From Raillietiella orientalis (lineage: Eukaryota): a stretch of 64,000 nucleotides of DNA. Each line of letters starts with the position of its first letter. The first letter of the stretch is position 1. The stretch lies in contig JAYWIR010000049.1 of assembly GCA_036172245.1 (NCBI GenBank), positions 1,116,001 to 1,180,000 of the forward strand, read 5' to 3'. The notes under the pieces were generated by a model that saw only the letters and a program-made list of their open reading frames with translations, was not told the DNA's origin and made no database searches. Both the position numbers and the translations under genes were made by a program. Below, one piece after another: positions 26,057-41,611 of this stretch.

Positions 26057-29000
26057 TCAAACATTGGTGACATCGCTGCCAGCTGCCATCAACAGGCTGG
26101 CTGCACGAGGCACATCCCAAGCACACTGTCGCAGTGTTTCCCAAGGATTCTCTGGTGTGAACTGCTGTGCTTTCAAAAGCAGCTGGAGACGTATCAGTTT
26201 AATGGCATGATGTACATTCCAATCTGTATGATTTAATGCCAAAACACAGCTATTAGCATCTACTCCAGATCCAGATAACACTTTCATCATTATGCGGACT
26301 TCATCAGACTGAGCACCCTGAGCTTTTCCTTGTGTGCGTTTTGTGTTTGGGAGATCACAAGCAAATTCCAAAAGGTCTTCACAAGAAACATGGTCATGGT
26401 TTTTGTGAATAACCTTAATCAGCATCTCTTCAGAACCATTCTCAGAGAAATGTTCCAAATGTTCCTTCTCAAAACACTCACTGAAAGCACCATTAAAGCA
26501 TCAAATCTAATTCCCACCTGTAATTGCGAGGCATGGAAGGGGTACTGTTCTCCATTAGGGGAGGAGCAGACACAGGAACTGCTACAGCATTTGCATCATC
26601 CAACTGTTTGCCATCTTGCTGCACATCTTCCGCTTAGATGATGCATGATTAATCAATACTCGCATTTCTGGCTTACCAACACAACTGACATCGGGAAGCG
26701 AATTAAAAGATGTCTGTGATGACTGAGGTATAATCAGTGGATGCTTCCGTTGGTGACGAGGCTTATCAACTATGTAGGACTTATTTCTATCTCGAGGAGG
26801 TAAAGGAAGTGGATTCACACTTGGTAACAAGGAAACCATATCTTCCCTTGTAGGAGATAGGTTATCAAAAGAATCATGAGTAGAATTCAAAATATTCAAA
26901 GGAGAGGGTTTGCTAACAATCCGGGATCTACAGGAACTTTCTGGATACACATGTTGCATGACATCTGACTCCTTTTTGTAGGACAAATTCCTTCGAAGAT
27001 TAGTATGAGTCTCCTGTTTGTCCTTGGATCCTTTGACTGCTGCTTCATAAGTAACTGATGTACTTCTGGGAAAAGCCTTTAGTACAGGCTGCTGGATAAG
27101 TGCATTATAAGCAGCTTTGGCCTCCTCACTAATTGAGTCCTAATCTGAATAATCTCTATGTTCTGTCATGAGTGCACACTAACTTGTAGATCGTGGGAGT
27201 TGCTTTCTGGAAGAAGTTTATCACTCTTCAGATTTGCTTTATTCCCATGAAATTTGAATGAAAATTTCTTTTTTGATGGTGATGGGGGATATGCTGAAGG
27301 GTGACCAGCCTCAAGGTCAGTCTGCAATTCAAGCATGGATTTGCTTGCTATCTCTTTGGCAATTAAAATGGCAGCATCCAAATTCTTTTGATCTGTGGCT
27401 GAAATAGGCTTCACCTGTAATTCACCTAGAAAATGTTGCCAATTCCATAATCTTTCCATACCGTGGCCTGTTTTTTTTTGTTGTTATCTCGACTTAGCAT
27501 TTTGGCTGTTAATTCTTTGATTTCATTTTTCATGTTATGAGTTTCATCCTGATTGGATCCAAATGCGACAGTATTGCTTGAAAGAGCTCCCATAACTTCA
27601 TCCATCAGACTAGGGCCAAGATCCAACATTTCAAAACGAGGACTTTCAATGGCTACTTCTTCATCTGAAATTTCGTGATACTCATGCTCTGCTTTGCCCT
27701 CTTCCTTGAGGTTATCTATTGAGGACCAGCGTTGTTCCTCAGCAGGTCCAGTATTCCCATGATCTCCCACAGCCATTATGAGTGGTGCTTTGTCTGATAC
27801 TTCTGAAGACGGCCTTAGCACATTATTGCTTAAATCTTGGTCGTCTTGAGGCTTGTAAGGAGTAACTACTTGCCTAGGTAGCTGTTGATACTGATTTCAC
27901 AGTTCACCATGCATACACACTCACCCCAACCCTTACTTTATTGCCCAGAAAAGATATATCGCCAAAGTATGCACCATCCAGACCCACATGACCAGTGTGT
28001 TTGACATCGCCTTGAGGTGAACTTATCATTTCTGGGCATAAACGGCGTCTAGAAAGACGAATCTCTGAAAATATTCGGATATAATGAGCAATCAGAAGAG
28101 TTCTAACCTCCTCTAGCAAAAGTCTGGCCAGCAGAAGGAATGCTAGTTCCAAGGTAGGACACAGTGGAAGAAGGTTTAAACAATCCTGTTCTGCTGCTGT
28201 TGAGTACTCCTTTCCATACATAAGGGGCATCTGCAATAGGTCTGAAGCCAAAGATTATTTTGAGCAAGGAAATACAAAAAGGACCTTCTGTCTAACACTG
28301 TGATGATGTCACCCGCTTTATATGTCAAATGATTTAATTGAGAAGGTTGTTCACTGTCCGAAATAGCCTGCACTTGTTCAGGCCGGCACTACAAGCACAT
28401 CATTCTTGTTGCATCAAGGAACAGAATAACAAAAGTATACCTCTGGTAAAAGAACCATCATATCAGCAAAAGTGGGGCGTTTGTTGGGATCATGCTGCCA
28501 GCAGCAAAGCAGCAAACTGTAGATCTCCTTGGGGCAATGTTCTGGCATATCCAGCCTCTAAGTGACAAAAAGAACATAAAACATCTCCCAGTAACCTGTC
28601 CTTCTCAATCACAATAACTGTATTTAGATTATAACTATCTTGCTGAATAAGCTATTTTTGCTACACTTATATTTTAAAATCAAAGAACCTGTATATTAAT
28701 GTACTAACAGAGCACCTTTACAATCATTATCAAAATTAAAAGACTTAAAAAAGCTAGAGCACAAAGAAATATTTATGGACTTTTATATAAGTTCTCTCTT
28801 CTATTGCATTAGTTACTTATTAGTTTTCACTTTATTTTTTAACTTAAATCCATCCGAACTACACCTGTCCAAGCACAATACATGCAGACTTCTATACACC
28901 TTCACCTTTCACTCTTTCCTTTATCCTCGAAACTGTACACAGTGATCAAATTACCTGAAAGTTTGGCTTATCGATAGCTGCTAGAATTTGTTGGCCTGTT

Positions 29001-31154
29001 AAAGCAGCCCAAGGCTGAAAACCATAGCTGAACATTTCCCATAAAGTCACACCATATGCCCACATATCAGAGGCTGAGGTAAATCGCAAATAATTGATAC
29101 ACTCTGGAGCACACCTAATCAGGATATAGATATGTTCTGTAGCTGCCCTCACCAGGCAATGGGCAGTTTCAAATTAACATTGAAATTTGTCTGATAATAG
29201 TTTTTGCCCACTCCTAAGGCTCTGGAGAGTCCGAAATCCGAAATTTTCACATTGTTTTTGGAGAAAACCAGAATGTTCCGTGCTGCTAGATCTCTAGTTC
29301 ACCAAGATACTTCATGTTAGTTGTTCAAAAGTAACAACAAAATTGCCAATCATCCTGATTATTCACATCAGGAAGAAAAGAAATCCAATGTTTGCCAGCA
29401 GCAAACATACCAACATGCATGTGAAAATAAGCAATGCAAAGTTGGAGTAACTTTTTCCAATAAACAACTTGACAAGTTCATCATGCTATTTGGTAATAAT
29501 CAAAGCTAAACATCTACATGAACTATCCAAAGGAACAAATAAAGGTAAGGGGAAGAATTTCTGCAATAATCTCTCTAACATCACTAGTCATATCACAATG
29601 AGCATGCTGCTAGGCATTAGTCCCTTACCTGTGAATAAGGCGTTTGGATTCCAAATACTGCATTCCATCACAAATCTGAATAGCAAAATCACATAGTGTC
29701 AGCACATTAAAACTAGATCTCAATGCAGACTCTTTGAGGCACTCAAGCAAAGAACGAAGAGGTGCCAACTCAGTTACCTGCTCATCATCACGTTTTCAAA
29801 GCATAGTAATAAGCAACACTTACAAGCATCAAAGTACTAGTCTCTAAAACAACTCCATATAGCCTCACAATATGTTCATGATCAATGGTGTGCATAATAG
29901 CTGCTTCTTTCAAAAATTCCATAGGATTGTTTTCCATTCTTTCTTTGCTGAGACATTTGATAGCTACTTGAATCTGAAAATGAGTAAAAACATCTAAGCA
30001 GTTCAACATTCCTGGAAACACTCCTATTGTATGTCTACCAATAAAACATTCATGGAAAAAAACTACATTGAAAAGCTTGATTTTCATCTGTGCTTAGTGA
30101 AAATAAGTGATCAATGAGATAATAGCAAGAGTTTAAAATTTACTTATGTTTGTACAGGAAAAATAAAAAATGGATTACTGAATTAGAAAATTAATTACAA
30201 TCATTAGGCACATGCATGATAAATCAATTTTTTTTTTTACTGAAAATCCATGTAATTTTCACTGATCAACTGAAAGAGTGTCAAAGAAAAGCTACAAAAC
30301 ATCTGGCAAATTCATAAAATTTATGAATCTTATTAATTTATTTTACCCATACATTTTTTTTTTTTATAAACTAGAAATTTCTGTATACACTATGAGAAAG
30401 AACAAAATTACTTTCCCACATAATTTCACAGAATTTAGAAGCAAGTAAAATAATGCATGCCAACATGTAACTTGACACATCAAAATTCCAATGTATCAAA
30501 ATTCTTATACTCTCTCATTGTCATCGTTAGTCCATACGCCTTGCTGTACAACTCCGAACTCTCCAATACCAAGTTCTTTATTAACTGTTATTGCACTTGA
30601 TGGGATTATATGTTTATTAGGTACTTTTATGGAAGTTTTTGCTTGTGATCCTTTGGATACTGATATGACCGCAGAATCGCCGGCAAGTTTTTTTGGTTTA
30701 ATAAGCTGGAAATCAAACAGATGTATATTATTCCTTAATTAGCGAACTTCACTTCACATAGCTTATTACTACTCATATTATATATTCATATAAACGGGGA
30801 TTCTGGGCATGATTTACTTTTGCATTAATTTTTAAATATGCATTAACAAGCACAACTCAAACTTACTGAAATGATGAAAGATGCAATATAATAACAGATC
30901 ATTGTCAAATAACGTACCGTTTTGATTCTATTCAAGTAACTATGAGGATTATACTTTTGGTAATAATTTTTCAGTCTTCTAATTTCCGGTTTACTCATTC
31001 CTATTTGGAGCAAATCCTCATCACTTACGTACTTCATTTGAGAAACGTTCTGAATTTTAAGTTTAGTTTTCAGTGCACTGTAATAATGCTGCAATTCAGC
31101 TTCAATAAGAAATTCATAAAACCCTGGATTTTTGCATTGATGTAGGGATGCCAT
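26057..31154 (-). CDS. Ack-like: Ack-family non-receptor tyrosine kinase (PR2/Ack-like): SAM, kinase, SH3, CRIB, Pro-rich, C-terminal UBA-like; 15 exons, ~1058 aa
   Basis: Exons 31154-30918, 30705-30511, 29973-29824, 29777-29629, 29293-29153, 29114-28955, 28557-28441, 28388-28285, 28241-28108, 28064-27937, 27890-27462, 27414-27184, 27139-26677, 26632-26518, 26480-26057 join in frame (3177 nt). Motifs: [84 protein letters not shown]. Confidence 0.95.
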
Positions 31155-34100
31155 GTGGTGATTCTTAAGAAAACAAAGTCGAAAGATAAACTCTGTTGGG
31201 GTAATTTGTTTTCCACATAATCTCGTGTTCCATGATGAGTTCACAAATCATCATTTTATGAAATTCCTCTACCATTCTACCTTTAGTCCACAAAATGCAC
31301 GTTATGCATTTACACTTGAGACGCATACCAAGGATGAAATTTTACACTTTTTCCATGTTCAACAATTTAATCATGCCGAATAATGACGTTTACTGTTCAC
31401 ATCTTGACACATTTCAAAACGTTTTCCAAAACTGGATTTAAGAATTGGATTTCAGCCAGGGCTATCGCATATACTGTTATGTAAAATCCAAATGGGAAAC
31501 GCTTTAAAAATTGCTTATTAGAGATAGCCATCAAAAATTCGTTTGCTTTTTATTCTCCTGTACTGTATTTATTCCTTAAACTCTTATTTCACTATCAGGT
31601 TCTCTAATTTTGTAATTAAGATACTTTTGACTCTGTGTAACGACTTCTACAAGTATTTCAAATTGTATGGAATCGAAAAGTAAACTTTAAAAAAAAAACA
31701 GCATTGGAAATTCATTTTTGATTGAACTATAAAATATACAATGACGACAATAGAATCATTATTATTTTTTTATTCTTCGAAGCTTAATCATGAAATCAAC
31801 AGATGCTGACCGGACTTGAAATATCACTTGACTTCAGTTTGATATAGGAAATCGAATGTCCTGTATAGTGTATTTCCTCCTTGAAAATGCCAAGAAGCAA
31901 CATAATCAAATGATAATCCCAAAAGACTATGCAACTCATAATAGCCATAGAGTCCTCTACTTACGCAGTCAACACAAATGGTAAACCTAGAATATTGAAA
32001 TAAAAGAATGCTACTAGCCTGACAGTCTAAACAAATAATTTGGAATCAAATCATTGAAACTTAATGAAGCACATGCTTCGAATTATGCTTATATATCATA
32101 TGCTTATAAATGTATATACATAAATGCAAAGATAATGATGAAAAGTAATGAAAAATTCATTGATTCACCTGAAAGCATAAGGTGAAACTTTATTGTTTTT
32201 CATGTTAATGCAAATGTTTGGCAACTCAGAAGGTTTGCTCTAAAGCACGCTTATTTTTTATTTCAAATATGTTTCAACCTGTCTTCTGAAGGGCTGCAAG
32301 AAAGACCTCATAGGGGTATCAGCTCTTAGGAAGACAAATCTATGTTTTAATCATGAATCAATCTTCATATTTATTGACTGATGATTTTCGACTGATCTCT
32401 GCAAGAGCTGGAAGCTTCAATATATGCATAGCAAAGTGGTTTGTTCTATGCTGAATAATTGCCCATGATGACAGTCCACTAAAGCTGCTGTGGCTTTCCA
32501 AACGGAATTCTTAGTTTTATATGACACCAAGTTATCTCAGAAGCTTTCGTGTGAGATATGTCCACAACAAATGTAAGTTTTTCGAGTTATTCATAATCAA
32601 ATTGTATTTTCCAGATCAGATAAACTATGTGGTCTAGGAGTACATCTGAATAAGGAATTCAGATCAGATAATTCTTTCTAGCACCATTGTTTCAGTTTGG
32701 AAGAGATTTAAGAATAATAAACCAAAACTCTCTTCGGGTAGTTTCTTCGATGTGTTCCACACATCCATAGGTTTCCTTTTGCAAGTCCGGATAAATTTCC
32801 GAGTGAGCAGCGTTAGAAAACGGAAGAATTCATTCTTCCAGACTCATATCGGAGAAGTGTACATAATTATGTACATAGTCTTCGTTGCATTTCGTCGAAC
32901 AAGTGACCTAAAAGGAAGCAATGCATATTTTATCTTTATTGCATGATTCAAGATTTTCTCTACATTTAAGAGAACTCTTAGGCAAAGATAACTGTTTGCC
33001 ATGTACGCAAAAAGTTCCTTTCTCTTGTGCATTCATCAGTTTCAATAAAAATTATATGACCAGATTTTGCCGGCTTCCAAATTAGATAAATGAATTGTTT
33101 GGTAAGTGATTGCAAGACTGTCCTTAAATGCAACGGCTCTGCAATAGCTCCTAATTTTGTCTCTATGAACAAATCTTCATTTTTAGTCTCTTGCAAAAAT
33201 GTGGAAATGCAAAAGCTTATAGATGCCGTCCAATTTGAAGTTGCATACTAGTTGATCATCAGAAAATACTAAAGAAGCATGTTCTAAATTCAAAAATGCT
33301 TCTGCATCTACCTCCAGTGAATTTACTTTTGAATGGAGGACTTCTTCACCGCCAATAAAATAAGGAAGGCATTGTTGGCATTTGCTGTCTTTTTCAATTC
33401 ATTGATTGCAAAATTCTAACCATGTGAACATGGCTGAAATGTCAATCTCTACATGACTATGAAGTTGAGAGACAACTGCTGTTCAGAATATGGTTTCTTT
33501 CTGAAGGTGTGTGTGTGCTTTGTTTTTGTTTTTTTTCATTTTTCAATTGCACCCAACCACGACACTTGGAGAACTAATTATGCACGAGTCAGGAATTTCA
33601 AATAGGAACATGTCTTAATCTGAGCAAAAATACACAAAGGAAAATGCGAATTTCATTCCACCAAAAGCTTACAAGAGTGATTCACGTTTTCAGAGATGAT
33701 GCTAGAACTCCCTCAACGCAATATCGACTCGTGATATCAATGAGAATAAAACAAACATGTGGCTGATATGAACTTGAGAACAGAGTAAACATTTAAGAGT
33801 ACTCAGTTCAAATAGGGAAAATACGGAGATGCTTGAAAGCTAGCCGACCGCATACAGTCAAAACAAAGTGTTTGGTCAGGGAGTTCGTGTTGCCTCGTGT
33901 TTATTTGTCTCTTTTTGATACTTTTGCCATCTGTTCCTCGAATAATTAACAATCCTCGTCTTGAGTTGCAATTTTTGTGAGGTCTCACCGCTCACAGTAA
34001 ATTCACTGATGCATATGACCTCACTGCATTGCTGGACCTCGAGAGAAAAGCTACTGTGAGGTCTTTTTTGCACCTGTACCCTTGGTTTGAGACGGAAAGT

Positions 34101-37100
34101 ACAATAAAATAAGGGTTGAGTACTGATTATAAGGATTTAAGTTTCACCTCCAAGGAAGTCTAGTTTCCTCTGACGGCTATTTCTCTGATAGTAGGCTCGG
34201 AAAAAACTGCTTCCAAGAGTCTGGCGTGACTTCCGCAGACGCGACCAACTTATCACTAACTGATATCGAGAAGAGTGTCTTCATCCCAAAGAAAAACTGA
34301 GATGTTTGTGTTTCACTAGAATACCTCCAGGAATTCGTAATTGCTGATCTCTTTTTCCATTTCCTCTTCTCTATCACCTTCGTATGAGTGTCACACTTCT
34401 CGCATGTGCGATGTAATTTCTCCAACGCATATTGACTTCTAAACATTGCTGGTTGAGGAGTTCTACCCTGTTGAAGATATAGAAATTTCCCCTGGCTTCT
34501 TTACTGGACAACATGCTAAAACAAGGGTCCAATCCATGGAATGCAGACAGATTCTCTTGCTTGCCAAAAACAATCGATCCTTGCTATTAACTCTGCTGCA
34601 GTCGTCTCAAAGTCATATTGGCACTAAATTTAGAATTTAATTATACTGAAGCTATTAGTAGCAATTTTTTATTCGATTTTTCATTAGCTTGGATGACATG
34701 ATGTGCACAAAATTCCAGGCTGATGATGCTGTCAGTGTCTGATCATGGATACAGCAATAATTTGAATTCGTGATTGTTGAAAAATTTTGCTCATGATGTG
34801 CCAGCAGTTGCGTTTAAACATCAAAACAGAGTTAATGTTGGTATTTCTTATTTGTAAGGAAATCACGTTTTACATGTTGACTGATGTACCGAAGAAACAA
34901 GTTGTTTATGAAATGGAATGAAGCATTCCATCTACCACCAACTAATTCCCTTGTGATACCCAAATGGGAAACTTTTAATTTTTTTTTACAAGGCAGAAAT
35001 GCTAACTTGACCCTCGTGTGCTATCATTTAGAATTAGATATTAGCGCAGGCAATGGATAAACAAAGGGAATGGAATGATTTGGAAGCACTGAAGATATTA
35101 AGGGATTGATAGTTGATATGATAATCCAGAGAACAACTGAGGTTATTTAGTACTCCCAAATTGTTGTTCAAATTATTAAAATAGGGAAAAAATTTCTCAA
35201 TAGAAAGAGCGGGTTCGGTTCCATCTTTCTCATTGTTTAGGAAGTTCGAGCTTGATCCCTACGAAATCTAGAGACCCTAAGAAAATTCGTAGTTTAGCAG
35301 CAGCTTTTCGTCATTGCGGGTAGAGTTCCTATATCTGAGACCAACAGGGCATCCAGCATCCGCCATAAAAATAACTGGAAATTAACAAGAACTGATGCCA
35401 TCATTCATACACACTGAATTCGTTTGTACACCCTTGGGTGTTCTTGATTACTGACAATTCATATAACTTGGTTCGTTAGAATTTGCATTCGTTGGAGGAA
35501 CGAAGTGCTGGGAGTTTTGATCAAACCTGACTCTATGTCAGCCACCTGTATTTATTCATCATGAAAAGTAATACGTCAGCTTATTGAGTAGTAATTGTCG
35601 CGTGAACTTATTGAGGGGAACTTGTTGAGAGTAATGTATGCGTTCTTGAGTCTCTCGTGTTCGTTTGTTTCTTTTGAGGATCTAATTAGTTAATCATCAC
35701 ATAATTTGGGCATGCCTCACGACTAACGTCTACAAATGCCAGGTCTTAGAATAGGTATGTGTCGGTATGTACTTACTTTTTGTGTGAACTAAAACATTTG
35801 AATAAGAATGTTTTATTGGAATACCTCAATCCCAAATTACACCTCCTAGCTCTGCCACTTTCAGCAATCATTGCGGCCATGGTCAGAGACCTTATTTTCA
35901 TCTGTCCCAATCTTTTCCTTCATTTCTGTTATGAAATAAGCATCAAGGGCAACTGCGATGACGTAATACCAGATGCAACTGAAGAATAAAATCTATTTTT
36001 GAAAGGAATTCAATTTACCTAAAAACAACATTCCGTTTCTCATATCCAAAAGGTTCGTCGAATCGATTTCAAGCTGCTTGTGTACTTGCAGTGCACTGCA
36101 GCCGTACTGTATGACTCATTCAAGAATTCTAGAATCAACCTTTCACCAAGTTCTGTTTTCCTTCAGCTGAATACATGAATAAAATAAATAGCGATTGGTT
36201 CCTCTCAGCGATAAAAGGCAGCGGCCAATCTTCGAAACTTCTGGAAAATCTCCATGTCACGAGCATCTCTTCGGATCGAGGTTCAGATCCGGAGTCTCAT
36301 GCAAAGCCTTTGTCCATAGCTAGAAAGTGTGGCAATGAGTGGGAACTGTTTCTGAGTCACTGATAGATGTGAATGTAACTTTCTCTGCATAGGTGAAGAA
36401 AGGATGAGTGTTCTATGAACTTGTCATTTTTATTTTTTATTTTTCTCACCACCTTGCTTTGATCTTATCGATTTTATTACTTCGTGATGATTGCATCGCA
36501 TTTATATTTTCCATCAAAGCACGGAAAGAAACTAGATGGAGACCAGACCGAGGCAGACATCCTGATTAAAAGACACGAAAGTGAATCTTCACTGAGTATT
36601 TCTGGTTACCTTTCCCTTCATTTATGTGGAATGATATTAAGTTGCAAGAGATAAATTTCCACGCATGAGATCATTTGCATTTTCGTGTTTTTGTATTTTT
36701 ATCTTTTGCATTTTTTTTTCCAGAACTCCTTTCAACTGATGTAACCAATTTGGTCTCCAGATGTCTTCTTTAAAAAAGATGTCTACTCCATTTTTTGATG
36801 TCTCACTGTTACTCCATCAATTTACTCGTTTACTATACCTATATCTGCATCACGAAACGTTTTTGCTTTTGCTTTTGTCTTCCAGGCACTGTTAGTTTGT
36901 TTCCGTACAGAATGCCATTTCGGCTTTGTCATTTTCTTCTTTCACCCACAAGTCTCACAGAATCATTCTATTCATCCAAATGATTTTTTCGCATGATTTT
37001 TTCCCTTGGATTCTCGCCCGAGATCTCTGAAAGTTAAAGAATATTCACAAGAATTTCCATGCGCCAAAGAACGCGTCTTCCGATTCTCTGTCCACACCTT

Positions 37101-40100
37101 TAACAAGGATCATCTGAAGCATCCTTTTATTCACGTAAGGACTCTTAGCGAGAAAGCCACAGAGTTCTGCACAAATCCTCATCCGGGAATGCCTGAAATT
37201 TTTGCGTGTTCTCGTGTTTTTTTTTCAGGGCTGTCGCGTATTTTGACACCACAACTGCTCTTTCAGGCATGCGATTTCGCCACTCACTGGCTACTGTAAT
37301 TCGATTCGTCTAGCCTTCGTCATTCAATCCTGCAGAATCTTGTAACTAAGAGACGGGATTTCTCAGAAGGCGAAAAAATGCCTCCATACTGCTCCCACGA
37401 GCGCTGTTTGTTTGCCTTTTGTATTGCAAACCATACGGAACCCTTTGTGCACATGCCAGTAATTCATCCCAAAGTGAAGCTCATTCATGACAAGATCTTA
37501 CTCAGGCTGCAACAAAATCCGGAACGGCCACGTCAGATGCACTTAGATACCCGTACTACAGTGCTATAAAATTGGAAGTTGGATCCGCAGCGTTCTTCCG
37601 CGTCAATCTCAGGCCTCGTCGAGTTTTCTGTCTTCGGCATAGGATTGCACTCCGCCGCTAGCTGCATGCCAAGCAGATAGTTTGCCTTTTCCTCCCACGT
37701 ATTTCATCCTCCTCCTACATCGGTTCATAGGAACCACAACATGTCACAGATGCTTTCTTCTCCCTTGCTTCTGAGTGCTAATAAAAATACAATCATCCAT
37801 GTGATATTACGTACGTGCCACATATTACGCAGTTATGTTCATAAGGTGAATTATTTGCTTGTCTGATTTTTGTCTCACACCTCGGAAAAGGATATTTTCA
37901 ATATAAAATGCTGATAGGTATTTAAATGGCACATCACTTCCTTGATCTGTTTGCCTGATCTGACCTGTCGATTCGGTTCTAACGGATAGCGAGATGCACG
38001 TGTGATTTAAGTTCCCAAAATTCTGCAAATCAGCGAAGACATTTCACTGTCTTCTCTGTTTTGAAGGCTTTAAACTTCCCTCTCTGGAAACACCTCCGGA
38101 TCGTGCCAACCGTAAGCATTCTTTGTACGCCACGTTTTTATTCACTTCCAGATTACCATTATTCCGCTAACCGCTACAGTTTCCCAGACCTTTACTAGTA
38201 AAACGAAGATTTTTATAAGAAGGATGCTTCTTTTTCCCATTTCCAACTCACGCATCCTTTAATCTTCTAAACAGCCTCCGTGTTTACTCAGCAGTAGGAA
38301 ATAGTAATAGAAGAAAATGTTCTTCCAGTGAAAGCACTATCCTGAGAGTGCTAAGGGGTTCCAATCACGTGGTTCATTGTACTAAATTGTTCATTAATAT
38401 TATTGCATGATATCAAATCGTCGCTATAATTAATCAACATTTTTCATGAAAGCTAATTGTCATTCAATACTGATCAATTCAACTTGGAAATAGCATAGGT
38501 GATGAAAATCCTACTCTATCTGAAATCACTCTCTTCTCGAAACGTTGTGTTAAAGGTGTTATAAGCCTTTTTCCTACTGTCTTTATTGTTGATTAATCAC
38601 AATAGCTCCCGTAAAATGGGGGTGGGGGGTACACATTTCGCGTTGTAAGAGCCCTATGGGTTGTGCACGTAGATAATGTGATGCATGACAATGCAAGATA
38701 CATTTTATATGTTTAAAACAGATAAAATGTGTCTTGAACGGTAAAACAGTAAAATATCTATTTGTTCCTGTTAAAAGGAAGAAAAATAAAAACTTCATTA
38801 TCTCACTTAAAGTAAAAGGCTTCTAGAGTTTTGTTGATATGCAGCCCCCATAAACAAGTGTACCTTCAGCTCTATCACTCTCGCCGTTGAAACATCTGTG
38901 TTCTTGCGGTGTTTCATTCATGGAAGTTGGAATCAAATAGAATTTCACTTAATTAAAGCATGTGCTCGTATACCTTTAAAAAAACTGACAACTGATTACC
39001 AAAGTGAAATTTTTACCTGCAGCATGATTTATCACATTGTACGATAATTGTCTCCGTTTTTTTTGGCTGCGTTGTACGAATCCGCATTACTTGGAAGTCC
39101 ACGATATACATAAATGTGTTCTTATTTGCCTTTGGAATTCTTACTAGTCATTCTGATGATTTGGACAAGTGATATCCACATTAGTCTTTTAAAGAATGTT
39201 CATAGATATTGTTGATGATGCTTTCTTCATATGCTGAATTTTATTCATTGATGGTGTCTTTTTAAACGAGAGTATTTGCAAGTATACTGTTTTTTGACTT
39301 TCGACTGGGACTGGTGTTTATTAGATGTGCTCTTCTCTTTTGTTGCTTATCTAAGCAGACCCTGTTGCTAATCTTTGAAGAAACATCATGATGGTGATTC
39401 GGAGAAATGATCATCGTGTGAATTTCGTATCACATTTAGGTTGCATCTGGTATTATTCAACTCTGATTATTCAGCGGATTCGGTTTCAGTTTTCTATGTA
39501 CAATCTTCTGCTCTTTATTTATTTTCCCTTTAATGCAATCATGGTAAGTAAAACGAATTTGTAATACAGTCACCCTTAAAATTCTTACAAACATTTTCAC
39601 TTCAACTCTGTCTGTTAATCCTTTCTGGTTCTTCCTCCTCTTCACAACAGAAGTATTCAATATAAGTCCTTAAGCTATTATTAATTCTTTACTTATCATT
39701 GATTTTCCTGATATTCTTTCCTTTGATATCTTATTGTGAATTCCAGGTGAGCAGTCTCTTGGAATTATTAAATGCTTTTCTTACAGATGTCACGTTCAAT
39801 CTTCAATGTTGAAATATGGTTTGCTAACCACTTAATTGTTTCTCCAGATTACAGTTGATCCACTAAATTTCCTGTAGAATAACCATTCAATACCGAGTGG
39901 AGTACGCCCTCTATTCTCTGGTCCATTCTTAGGATCATCCTCAGTTTCAACCAGTTATTATAAACGCAGGATGCATATCATTCTGCAAATGAATCATCAG
40001 ATCTGATTTTGTTTATTTATGTATATTTTTTACTGTTTTAGGAACACTAGCACTCTGTTCTTTTTGATAGACACATTTATAAATAATATTCGTTTATTTT

Positions 40101-40824
40101 GTCGTAGTTCATTGTTTTAGGAAGTTAAATTGAAGTGTTTTAAGAAGTTTTAAGTGCTTGTAAAATGCAAACATAGTTCCAGAGTCGTCTTTAATAAATT
40201 ACATGCTGGAAAAATTTGTTGACAAAAATAAGAAACATGTCTTAAAGTTATATATTAAAACCGGTTTTTCAAAGTTTTGGTTAATAAAATGAATTTTTCT
40301 AAACGGAATTTTAAGAACATTAGATTGTTAACAATTATTTTGTTGTGATAAGACCGAAAAATTCTTTTATTCTGTTGTTTTTTTTTCAAACCTAAAAATA
40401 AAAAAACATTTTGAGATGATTCAATTATCAATAATCATCACTATTAATTGCAATCTGTGCTAAATTCATGTCATTTTAAGTAACACTACATAATCTAACG
40501 TTGGCATCCAGAAACTTGGTCATTCTGTCATAGTAGAAGGGATCGCTCTCCGTGGGAGTGTTTTCTATTTTTCGTGATTGCCGTGGAGTACTATGTGGGC
40601 CTTCTTAATGTCTAAAAAATGTGCCGTTGTATTATTAAAATTGTATAATACGCATGCCAAAACTGGACACGCTAGTTTTTCTGTAGTCAAATTGAAAGGA
40701 ATATTGTAAGTTACGATCCTTGAGAAACAAAGTCATTTGCTGTAGACGTAAATAACCTTACGAAAATGCTAAAGTAGCTGTTGTGAGATCTTTGTTTACG
40801 TGAAATCTCCGAATCTGTAGACGG

Positions 40825-41574
40825 ATGGGAGTTCCGGTGAACATACATGTTAAAGGTATGTGTTGTATTTCGTATATTTAGATTGATATGCAAGAGTGTA
40901 GAATCATCGATTGAAATGGTGACATTACTCTTGGGACCTCCCTATATATTCGTTTGTTTTCTGCGGAAATTGTGCATCTTTCAGAAAATTTGTAAATCAC
41001 CGAACCACCTATTTGCTGAATTTATGTCTTTATGAACAGACTTTGTTTAATGGTGTATTGCTGTTCTGTATTGTGATGTATAATCGAATCGTAATTCCAT
41101 CGGCCTTTTTTTTTTTTTTATTTCTTTTCAAAACGTTGTGTAAAATAATTGTGCTGTTTCTTGAATTACGCCATTACCTTCAGTTATACTTAACTGCAGT
41201 CAAGTTCATTAATGAAACAAATTACGTGCATTATTTTCAAAAATACTTCTTCCGATCATATTTTGACTCCTATATTTTGGTTTTCCTTTCAAAATATGTT
41301 TTTGAAAAGCAAATTGCTTAAGATAATTTTATTTATTTTTATTGTAAAACAGTCCCGTCATAATTGAAATATGTGATATTGCCATTTTTTTTTAGTCATC
41401 AGAGCCCGGGGTCTTCGAATCAAAGGAAAGAATGGTAATTAATTCTTTGCACATTTTAACTGTTTGAGGCAACACTGAAAATTTTTTGCAGCAGTAATGA
41501 CGAAATTTACATATATATTTTAAGGTGTTTAATTACCATGAAACACAAAACAAGGCGAGGAAAAACCACCTTAA

Positions 41575-41611
<37 letters not shown>

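Noticed and set aside
31300..40700. Patches of decayed coding-like DNA between Ack-like and Rab11-FIP (e.g. 32.8-33.4 kb, 35.8-36.1 kb, 37.4-37.7 kb)
   Set aside because: Probably old TE or viral debris, but no ordered motif set could be recognised by eye.
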